Made by a program: the position numbers and the translations under genes. Under the pieces are notes generated by a model. The model made no database searches. It was given only the letters and a program-made list of their open reading frames with translations, and had not been told where the DNA came from. Positions 57,289 through 64,000 of a stretch of DNA of 64,000 nt are shown piece after piece. The first letter of the stretch is position 1, and the number at the start of each line of letters is the position of its first letter. The DNA lies in NCBI GenBank assembly GCA_964603545.1, contig CAZRVD010000003.1, positions 4,945-68,944 of the forward strand. Direction: 5' to 3'. This DNA is from an uncultured Candidatus Saccharibacteria bacterium (lineage in GTDB: Bacteria; Patescibacteriota; Minisyncoccia; Phycocordibacterales; DATDWN01).

Positions 57289-57969
57289 CTATTGTGACAA
57301 AGTTGTGAAATTTCTTTCTGTACTCGTTGCACTGTTACCTCTTTCGTCAGTAATTTTTATCATGTAGTAGTATGTCGTGCTTGTGGAAAGGCCGGGAAGA
57401 TTTACAGAGTGTGTAAAGCTTAAATTATTTACAAAAAAATTTGCGGGTGAGGTAGAGGCTACTGGGGTGGTGTTGCTATACCAAAATTCTGACTTTACAT
57501 TTTTGTTTGCTGTCCAGAAAACATATCCTCGTGTTGGAGAATTGCTAGATGACTCAATTACAAACAACTGTGGTGTCACTATATAGTTGGTGGCCATTGC
57601 AAATAAGCTGTTTTTAGAAATTTTGTTCAGAAGTTCTCTAGTTTTTGGACCAACAATTCCGACTACCTCTAGGCCATTTTCCCCTTGTAGCTTCTTTATT
57701 GCCCGCTCTGTCAAAGTGCCAAAATAGCCCGTAATAAGGCCTTCTGGATATATGTTTGGCACCTTTGAAAGCTGTGACTGTAGAACCTTAACAGCATCCC
57801 CGCGTGAACCAAGCCGCAGACTAGGTGTAGGATTTGGCGGAGTATCCACCAAAGCCACCGTAGCCCCAGCCGTCTGCACTACAAAAAGCCCAGCCAAAAC
57901 CAAACCAAATATTGAAAAAGTTTTTTGTCTCATACTAAAATTATACCAATTTTCCACCAGAATAATCAA
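57289..57969 (-). CDS. Secreted protein with peptidoglycan-binding (PG_binding_1-like) domain and Ig/FN3-like C-terminal domain
   Basis: LRLGSRGDAVKVLQSQL...GYFGTLTERAIKKLQGENGL. Probable start at MRQKTFSIFGLVLAGLFVV, around 57933. Confidence 0.55.
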   Translation of the reverse strand: MIILVENWYNFSMRQKTFSIFGLVLAGLFVVQTAGATVALVDTPPNPTPSLRLGSRGDAVKVLQSQLSKVPNIYPEGLITGYFGTLTERAIKKLQGENGLEVVGIVGPKTRELLNKISKNSLFAMATNYIVTPQLFVIESSSNSPTRGYVFWTANKNVKSEFWYSNTTPVASTSPANFFVNNLSFTHSVNLPGLSTSTTYYYMIKITDERGNSATSTERNFTTLSQ

Positions 57970-58031
57970 TTTTAGACAAGACGATGGGGGCGCATCCCCC
58001 GAAGGAAATGCGCCCGTAGTACACGTCAGAT

Positions 58032-58439
58032 CTAGCCGACCTGGAAGGTCCTCATCAGGGTTTCCGAGGTCGCCGCCTCGAGGTCGCTTGCGAGAATCCT
58101 CGCCAGCATCGGATGCTCTCCGCTGACTGCGGTTCCACAGCTCTTCGGGATGACCCCGTCCACTGCCTCGTTCCGGTGTGGCATGACTGAGTACATGTAG
58201 AACCGAACCTGCGGATTGACCTGCTTTACCAGGCGGGCCAACTGCGAGCCCTCGATATGGCTGTCGAAGACCTGACCAGAGACCACGAACGCCGGAGAGC
58301 CATCCATCACAGCGTCCAGAACGGCTTCTGGAATACTGGTGAAGAGGATCTCCCGGGATCTCGCAGGATCGATCTTGGCAACCCCCTCCTTGATTCCGAG
58401 CAGATTCTCGCGATGACGCTGAGCCACGATGATCTTCAT
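58032..58439 (-). CDS. G+C-rich foreign hypothetical protein (136 aa)
   Basis: AAGGGAGGG SD before MKIIVAQ. GGGCGCATcccccgaaggaaATGCGCCC hairpin downstream at 57988-58015. No confident family assignment. Confidence 0.4.
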   Translation of the reverse strand: MKIIVAQRHRENLLGIKEGVAKIDPARSREILFTSIPEAVLDAVMDGSPAFVVSGQVFDSHIEGSQLARLVKQVNPQVRFYMYSVMPHRNEAVDGVIPKSCGTAVSGEHPMLARILASDLEAATSETLMRTFQVG

Positions 58440-58564
58440 ATGCCCTCCCTTGGGTAGAAACAACGAACAGAAATCCTGAACCTTATGACATTATACACCC
58501 GTTTACTATTATTGTCAAATACAATTTTAGTACTAAAACAACCTTACTTATACGACCAAAATTA

Positions 58565-58903
58565 TCAAAAAATCTTTGTGCCATTTGGCACCTGTCTTTC
58601 GGGTATGGTTAGAACGACGTCCCCGTTTTCATCTGCAAAACCAGTCGTCAAACATTCCGATACAAAAGGACCGATTTTTTTATTTGGGAAATTAACAACA
58701 CAAACAACTTGTTTACCAACAAGCTCTTCTTTTTTATAATGCTTGGTAATTTGAGCACTAGATTTTTTGATTCCTATTTCTTGTCCAAAATCAATTTCTA
58801 ATTTGTAAGCGAGTTTCCTTGCTTCAGGAAAATCATCCACTTTTATTACAGTGCCCACCCTTAGCTCCACTTTTTCAAAATCATTCCAGGTAATCTCATT
58901 CAT
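58565..58903 (-). CDS. tRNA-binding OB-fold protein (CsaA/Trbp111/MetRS C-terminal-like)
   Basis: WNDFEKVELRVGTVIKVDDFPEARKLAYKLEIDFG. Confidence 0.75.
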   Translation of the reverse strand: MNEITWNDFEKVELRVGTVIKVDDFPEARKLAYKLEIDFGQEIGIKKSSAQITKHYKKEELVGKQVVCVVNFPNKKIGPFVSECLTTGFADENGDVVLTIPERQVPNGTKIF

Positions 58904-58933
58904 ACTAAAATTCTACCACAACCCAACTTAAAC

Positions 58934-59479
58934 TTAGCTACGGTTGTCGTTTAAAAGTTCCTTCATGTGCGAAGCTATGGGGCCTCTAATTACATTGGTA
59001 AGTTTCAAAAGAGATTCTAGCCTTTTTAACCCCTCAACCGTCTTGGACTTAAATTCAATCGTATAAAAATCTTTCAAGCCCTCCACTCTCTCAAGATCCA
59101 CCTGATCTTCGCCAATATTGTACTGCCAACCCGTACGGGTAAACTCAAATTCGTATTTGTATTGATTTAGGAGATTTTCCTCAATAAACTTTTTTGCATC
59201 TTCCTCCAATTCAAATTCTTTCCTAAGTGGTACGTCCGTGTCCACACCAATCTCTTTTTGATAGTGTTTTTTAACAGACACAATTACATCCGCTTCACCC
59301 CAAATATTTTTCTCATAAGTTCTTAATCTCAAAAATTCCTCATCCAGTCCTTTTTTGGGGTTGTATGAAGAATATATTTTGTCAGTTAAAACATACTCAC
59401 CCTTAAAAATTGCTTTGTTCTCTAGGAGAATCTTCCTATAAGTTTCTATTTCTGGAACAAATGACCTAGCTTCTATCAT
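58934..59479 (-). CDS. CYTH-domain protein (class IV adenylate cyclase / triphosphatase-like)
   Basis: Alternating acidic pattern EIE...E.E ... VDLERVEGLKDFYTIEF, typical of CYTH barrels. Confidence 0.5.
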   Translation of the reverse strand: MIEARSFVPEIETYRKILLENKAIFKGEYVLTDKIYSSYNPKKGLDEEFLRLRTYEKNIWGEADVIVSVKKHYQKEIGVDTDVPLRKEFELEEDAKKFIEENLLNQYKYEFEFTRTGWQYNIGEDQVDLERVEGLKDFYTIEFKSKTVEGLKRLESLLKLTNVIRGPIASHMKELLNDNRS

Positions 59480-59617
59480 ATGAAAAATTATTGTATATGA
59501 TTCCTCACCACTTTTTCGTTACTTTTTGCCTCAATTTCCCTCCAATCTTCTTCACTAAAATGTCTACCCTCCGCCTTTCCTTCGTAATGTGCTCGCCAAT
59601 TTTGATACGTCTCTGCT

Positions 59618-59640
59618 TGTGCAACATCGGATGTTGCACA
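59618..59640. repeat. 23-bp palindrome, copy c (5 nt past the stop of the 59645-60052 gene)
   Basis: Exact match. Confidence 0.8.
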
Positions 59641-59644
59641 ATTA

Positions 59645-60052
59645 CTAAATTTGATCTTTTTTGAGAGATTTGTAGAGAATTAGGATGAGAGAGAAGACTA
59701 AATATATCAATGAAATAAAAATTGCAACTAAATCTTTTTCTGTGTGTAAAAATTCATCACCACTATACCATGGGACAAAAATTAAAATTAAAATGTAGAT
59801 TATAAAATAAATTATTAAAGTTTTTCTCCATATAGAAAAAATATTTTTGTTCCAAAAATATATAAGAAGTGAAGGAATAATAACGGTCAAGCTAGATAAT
59901 GATACCAACAACAGATAATTCAAAAAACCAACACACAAAGAACTTCCTTCACTACAAATCTTAAATACTGTATATTTGGGAATTAATAGAAAAAAAACTA
60001 TGGACCCAATAACTCCCCAGTAAATCAAGAGTTTGTTTGACAACCAGTTCAT
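59645..60052 (-). CDS. Hypothetical small integral membrane protein
   Basis: Four hydrophobic helices. Confidence 0.4.
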   Translation of the reverse strand: MNWLSNKLLIYWGVIGSIVFFLLIPKYTVFKICSEGSSLCVGFLNYLLLVSLSSLTVIIPSLLIYFWNKNIFSIWRKTLIIYFIIYILILIFVPWYSGDEFLHTEKDLVAIFISLIYLVFSLILILYKSLKKDQI

Positions 60053-60067
60053 AACATAATTCTAACC

Positions 60068-63061
60068 CTAATAACTAATTTTTAAAAGGTCTCCATCCGT
60101 TTTAACAGTAACCACAACAAGCCCTGGTTTTGTACTCACCACTGCCCCGTCCCTGGTTTTCTCCCTTACAACTGTAGTATTGGTTGCCTTTCTGTAGTTA
60201 AATACATACTTTTCCACACCCTTCGCAACAACCCTTGTATCTAAGTCTGTTAGAACTCCTTTCTTTTCCTGCCAATCATAAACTATATCTGTATTTGGAA
60301 GATTTGTTGTAACCCCGTTTCTAATAATTTTGTTATAAGTAAATCTAAATCTCGTTGGGAACTCTATAAATTTAGTAAACGGAATAACTGTTGTGTTACC
60401 CTGGTTGTCTATAAGAGTTGTGGAAGTACTAGTTGTCAGTATTGTTGGATTTGGGTCTATCAAATTTACTGCAGAGAAAACAACGTCCTTTGTACTAGTT
60501 GAGAAAGTAACCTGTAGCTCTGGAGGAGTACTGTCATATACAGTTACACTATTTTCTTTGGCTTCTAGTATTTTATCTACTATTCCATCTCCATTTCCAT
60601 CAATTTTCAGTGTAGAGCTAGCTACACTTGTATTTGGAACTATATTCATTTCTACCAAAGTAGAAACTGTGGATGGAACACCTTGGAAAGAAGTAGTTTC
60701 TATAATATTGTTCCCAACTTGCTTATCTACATCCAGCGAGAAACTCCCACTATGAAGACCCTTAAGTTTCAAAGTAAGTGTTAGGTCGTTTGGAGTAGAA
60801 ATAAACTGTACGTCACCTATTTGCTCATAATTAACATCTGGAATTTCCTCTCTTATTTTACCTGTTACTGGATCCTTTCCTGTATACCTACCAAATGAAT
60901 CTGTTACCCCCAATGTGAGTGGTGAATGAAGTGTGTAATGCAGACGATTTTTACTAGAAATTAAAGTTGATGCATTGTCTACAACTATATTACTTGAATC
61001 AGAAAAAACTGTATTATTAAAAGTTGATGAAATAAAATCTAATATGTTTGGAATTTCTAAAATATCCCTGTGCTTCCTATTTACTCCACCAACCGGATCA
61101 TTGTACTTCCACAAATCCACCCACCACCTCTCAACATTCGGTGTGGATGTAGACATCCACAAGGCACTAGGCACAACAACCGTACCGTCACCATCTACCA
61201 CATACCGAGGTTTGTAAGAAAGATATTCTGTTCCAGAAGAATTCAAATAGGATTTATAATCCACCCCAGCTATTGTTTCCTCTCCCCATCCGGCTATTTG
61301 TATAACTTTGGTTGTAGAAGCTGGTTGCCACAAATCTAATACAGCATGCATACTCTGTGCATCTGCATACAAACCAGAGTTTCCAATATTTGGGTGAACG
61401 GTGTCATCAAAGGCAGGTTTGCTTCTTCCGTCTGTTCCTAAAATATAATTTTTAAGCTCCGTATTATTTGAAACAAAAAGTCCGTACTCTGAAGTCTGTG
61501 GATTGAAAAACGGTTTATCTTCAAAAGTAGCCACCTTATCTACCACAAACCCTGGATCAACTATTGAAAAATATCCTTCAGAAGGTAATAGGTTGTAAAT
61601 AGCCGGCATGTTCTCAGAAAGGTCTCTGGAACGAGCGTTGTCCATAATCAGCCCATAACCCAAACCTTTCCCGTGAAGTAAAGCTACTACGGCATCTGGT
61701 GTTCCCACTTGTGGCACAGCAACAAAAATTATTTTATCTATTTTGTTGTAAATTGGATTGTTGGTATCCTTCAATTTTTGAACTAAAGCTTTTATTACCA
61801 AGCCTCCGTTTGAATGCCCAATGAGTGTCACTTTACCTGTCCCAGAATTTTGCTGTAACTCTTGTAATTTTTTAAGAATGTAACTTTCAGAAAAATTTTG
61901 TGAATTGTTATAGAAAAGTCTGTTTCTAGTTGTACTCGCACCAAATGTTATGATGTCATTTAAAGAAAGTCGCCAGTCATAAGGGATAAAAGCATAGTCA
62001 GGTATAATGCCGTCATTTTTCCAATTTCGGAGTTCTGTTATGAAAGAATTGTAAACATTCGCTCCAAATACTTCATCCATCACTCCAGTCTCCGCTTCAT
62101 CACTTATACTCTGGGTATCGTCTTTTGTATAAATAGGATTTAAACTTTTACCGGTAGTATTAAGTGAAAGTTTGGTATGTTTTGAATCAGATGTTGAAAG
62201 CCACAACTCATCGTCGTGGAAACACTCATTACCAATCAAACTAGTCCCACAATCAATCGTTCCCAATTCTTCATAAAGTCTAGAACTCATTACCCCAGGA
62301 AAAAACATCACGCTCGAATTACCTGTCGGTGGTGGAGATACAACTTCACCAGTAAAAACTGCCGAAACAGTCACAATATTTGTCCCAGAAGAGGCATAAG
62401 TAGTATTCCCACTCAAAATTCTTTGAGCCAAAACTGGTGGATCAATCGACTCAATACTCAAATCACAATTAAAAACTTTTCCTTTTAGGCTTTGCGGAAG
62501 AGGATTCCCGTACTTACTAGAATCATAATCTGCCGGGCATTCACCTTCGAAACATGGCGACTTAATACTTACATTCCAGTCATCCACCGCATCAGTCGGA
62601 CCGTTTATCTCACCGGTCGCAACCAAAGACACATGAGAAGCATCCTGAAGAAAACCAACTTCAGTTACTTCAGTTGTCGTTGATTGGATATTTGGTTCTA
62701 TTCCAATATATGGACAAAGGTTGTAATTTCCATCAATACAGTTGTAATCATCATCATACAAACTACATGACTGAAAACGGTTTATTTTGTAACCCGCCAA
62801 GCCCTCATCCCACTCAAAATGAGAAGCAAAAGCTGGATCAATAGAAATAGCAAGTGGGGTTGTAGTACTTTCAAGAGACGCTAATATAACATTAGTAGAA
62901 GGACTGTTTACCTCATAAAGAGCAAAAAACGCAGAGACAAACGGCGTACTTAGTAGAAAAAAGAGCAATAGTGATAGGGCAAAAACAAATAATGACTTTG
63001 TTTTCTTTTCCATATTGACCGTCATATTACTCACAGCCCTCCCTTGGTCAATATTGCTCAC
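60068..63061 (-). CDS. Large (~980-997 aa) secreted/membrane-anchored protein containing an alpha/beta-hydrolase (lipase/esterase, GHSxG) domain
   Basis: N-terminal TM LFVFALSLLLFFLLSTPFVSAFF. VTLIGHSNGGLVIKALV nucleophile elbow. Long Thr/Ser/Val-rich beta-rich C-terminal region. Confidence 0.5.
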   Translation of the reverse strand: MSNIDQGRAVSNMTVNMEKKTKSLFVFALSLLLFFLLSTPFVSAFFALYEVNSPSTNVILASLESTTTPLAISIDPAFASHFEWDEGLAGYKINRFQSCSLYDDDYNCIDGNYNLCPYIGIEPNIQSTTTEVTEVGFLQDASHVSLVATGEINGPTDAVDDWNVSIKSPCFEGECPADYDSSKYGNPLPQSLKGKVFNCDLSIESIDPPVLAQRILSGNTTYASSGTNIVTVSAVFTGEVVSPPPTGNSSVMFFPGVMSSRLYEELGTIDCGTSLIGNECFHDDELWLSTSDSKHTKLSLNTTGKSLNPIYTKDDTQSISDEAETGVMDEVFGANVYNSFITELRNWKNDGIIPDYAFIPYDWRLSLNDIITFGASTTRNRLFYNNSQNFSESYILKKLQELQQNSGTGKVTLIGHSNGGLVIKALVQKLKDTNNPIYNKIDKIIFVAVPQVGTPDAVVALLHGKGLGYGLIMDNARSRDLSENMPAIYNLLPSEGYFSIVDPGFVVDKVATFEDKPFFNPQTSEYGLFVSNNTELKNYILGTDGRSKPAFDDTVHPNIGNSGLYADAQSMHAVLDLWQPASTTKVIQIAGWGEETIAGVDYKSYLNSSGTEYLSYKPRYVVDGDGTVVVPSALWMSTSTPNVERWWVDLWKYNDPVGGVNRKHRDILEIPNILDFISSTFNNTVFSDSSNIVVDNASTLISSKNRLHYTLHSPLTLGVTDSFGRYTGKDPVTGKIREEIPDVNYEQIGDVQFISTPNDLTLTLKLKGLHSGSFSLDVDKQVGNNIIETTSFQGVPSTVSTLVEMNIVPNTSVASSTLKIDGNGDGIVDKILEAKENSVTVYDSTPPELQVTFSTSTKDVVFSAVNLIDPNPTILTTSTSTTLIDNQGNTTVIPFTKFIEFPTRFRFTYNKIIRNGVTTNLPNTDIVYDWQEKKGVLTDLDTRVVAKGVEKYVFNYRKATNTTVVREKTRDGAVVSTKPGLVVVTVKTDGDLLKISY

Positions 63062-63094
63062 GCTCCAAAAAAATGTTCTAATTTTTTACTCCAG

Positions 63095-63130
63095 TATTAA
63101 TTCACAGCGATATATCGCTGTGAATTAATA
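63095..63130. repeat. Perfect 36-bp palindrome TATTAATTCACAGCGATATATCGCTGTGAATTAATA, copy 3 of the 24-bp core
   Basis: Between the stop of the YerC-like gene and the start of the large hydrolase gene. Confidence 0.9.
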
Positions 63131-63131
63131 C

Positions 63132-63536
63132 CTATTTTGCATATTTTCTCCAATACTTTTTTCCTATCTTGGGTGGCATTAATCCACCCACCGTCATAAT
63201 GCTCCAAATTATTTTCTCTAGATCTATTTTTTCTCTCTGAGATGTTTTTAAAATGGAATTATACTTCCCTATTTCCATCTTTAGAGAAATCATTGTAATA
63301 GTTGAAGTACTTACCTTTAATATTTCTGAGATTGAAAGCTGTGGTATTTTTGAATTCAACAATAATACAATAGCAATTCTTTTAGCTAGCATTAGCTTTT
63401 CTGTATCGGTCAAAAGTTCATTGACTACCCCAGACAACAACTTTTTATTCTGAGATTTATTCAAGATCAGTATTAGATCATTAAATAACTTGTCTGAAAG
63501 TTCCTTATCCAATTCCTTACTAGAGATATGTGGCAT
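63132..63536 (-). CDS. TrpR/YerC/YecD-family helix-turn-helix protein (135 aa)
   Basis: LTDTEKLMLAKRIAIVLLLNSKIPQLSISEILKVSTSTITMIS matches the YerC/TrpR-like HTH. Start at MPHISS. The longer ORF to 63800 reads through palindrome copy 4. Confidence 0.5.
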   Translation of the reverse strand: MPHISSKELDKELSDKLFNDLILILNKSQNKKLLSGVVNELLTDTEKLMLAKRIAIVLLLNSKIPQLSISEILKVSTSTITMISLKMEIGKYNSILKTSQREKIDLEKIIWSIMTVGGLMPPKIGKKYWRKYAK

Positions 63537-63556
63537 ATATTCATCAATTATTGATA

Positions 63557-63588
63557 ATATTTCACAGCGATATATCGCTGTGAAATAT
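63557..63588. repeat. Perfect 32-bp palindrome ATATTTCACAGCGATATATCGCTGTGAAATAT, copy 4, ~25 nt upstream of the YerC-like start codon
   Basis: Read directly. Confidence 0.9.
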
Positions 63589-63726
63589 ATTAATGGCGAA
63601 TTATAGGATGTCAAATGAGAGAATGTCAAAGGATTGAGAACTAAGAAATCTAGAGTAAGTAAAATTTTAAAATAAGAAAAAGCAATCTTGCTATTTATTA
63701 TTACAAAAAAACAATCCGCGATAGTT

Positions 63727-64000
63727 TTAGACAAAGCCGGGGAAGAAATCCGTTTTGATTTGTGAGCCGGGAACACCAAGTTTTTGGAGGGTCGTTTCAA
63801 ATGTAGATACCATTCCGTGAGTACCAGATATGTAGAACATTCTGTCTTTGTAATCTGGAACTTCTTTTGTAATCATATCCCCTGTTATAAAACCGGTACG
63901 CATATTATTTAAATCAGTATTTGTTCCAGACTCATTTACAACATATATATTTTTCCAGCCCACTTCCCTATTTGCTGTGTCAAAAATATCTCTATAGGCG
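63727..64000 (-). CDS. Partial CDS (C-terminal end; gene starts beyond the window), possibly FAD/NAD(P)-binding oxidoreductase-like
   Basis: The ORF is open to the window edge. C-terminal FYISGTHGMVSTFETTLQKLGVP resembles NAD-binding tails of ferredoxin-reductase-type enzymes. Confidence 0.25.
   Translation of the reverse strand, partial: AYRDIFDTANREVGWKNIYVVNESGTNTDLNNMRTGFITGDMITKEVPDYKDRMFYISGTHGMVSTFETTLQKLGVPGSQIKTDFFPGFV

Noticed and set aside
63537-63800. N-terminal 88 codons of ORF 63132..63800
   Set aside because: The extension reads through palindrome copy 4 (again giving FTAIYRCEI). The Met at 63536 (MPHISS) with the palindrome and an AT-rich promoter-like stretch upstream is a better start.
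1-64000. CRISPR array, integrase, transposase or reverse transcriptase (DGR/retron) as the source of the repeats and islands
   Set aside because: No regularly spaced direct repeats with unique spacers are present. The repeated elements are palindromes or hairpins at irregular spacing. No ORF shows integrase (R...HxxR...Y), DDE transposase or RT (YxDD) motifs on either strand.

Overview
This is an AT-rich bacterial chromosomal segment (native genes look about one-third G+C by eye). It is dominated by a long minus-strand run of housekeeping genes: alaS, a family-4 UDG, mnmA, mltG, leuS, ychF, ddl, uvrC-uvrA-uvrB, tgt, an FKBP PPIase, xseA/xseB, a DEAD-box helicase, an ABC-F ATPase, msrA/msrB and an ECF sigma factor. 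Several products have reduced domain architectures (590-aa AlaRS, 413-aa UvrC). Together with the small-genome style this fits a Patescibacteria/CPR-like or similarly reduced organism; that is inference, not something the sequence shows directly. The most striking observation is that this backbone is punctuated by at least 11 short, visibly G+C-rich insertions of roughly 50-60% G+C. Nearly every one is a complete transcription unit: a consensus-like sigma70 promoter (repeatedly TTGACA/TTGACTTT at -35), a strong Shine-Dalgarno, a small ORF or apparently non-coding RNA, and a GC-stem intrinsic terminator. Cargo includes a collagen-like (G-X-Y)11 secreted protein, Cys-rich small proteins, two ~44-aa single-TM peptides, a Pro-rich membrane protein, a tandem-HTH protein, a tRNA-Ala-associated island and a candidate sRNA. 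A 24-bp perfect palindrome core, TTCACAGCGATATATCGCTGTGAA, occurs four times. One pair brackets the candidate sRNA cassette, exactly 300 bp apart. The other pair brackets a TrpR/YerC-like HTH gene. A second 23-bp palindrome, TGTGCAACATCGGATGTTGCACA, occurs three times, once in-frame inside uvrC. Other notable content: a SipW-type signal peptidase with four SipW-cognate (TasA/camelysin-like) secreted paralogs and duplicated hairpin elements; a GIY-YIG gene inserted into the loop of one such hairpin; an ECF sigma / anti-sigma (C-terminal cytochrome b5-like domain) module directly upstream of msrA-msrB; a Nudix-like domain inserted inside LeuRS; and a ~500-nt promoter-to-terminator non-coding region that may be a structured RNA. 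No rRNA, CRISPR array, integrase, transposase or reverse transcriptase was recognised.
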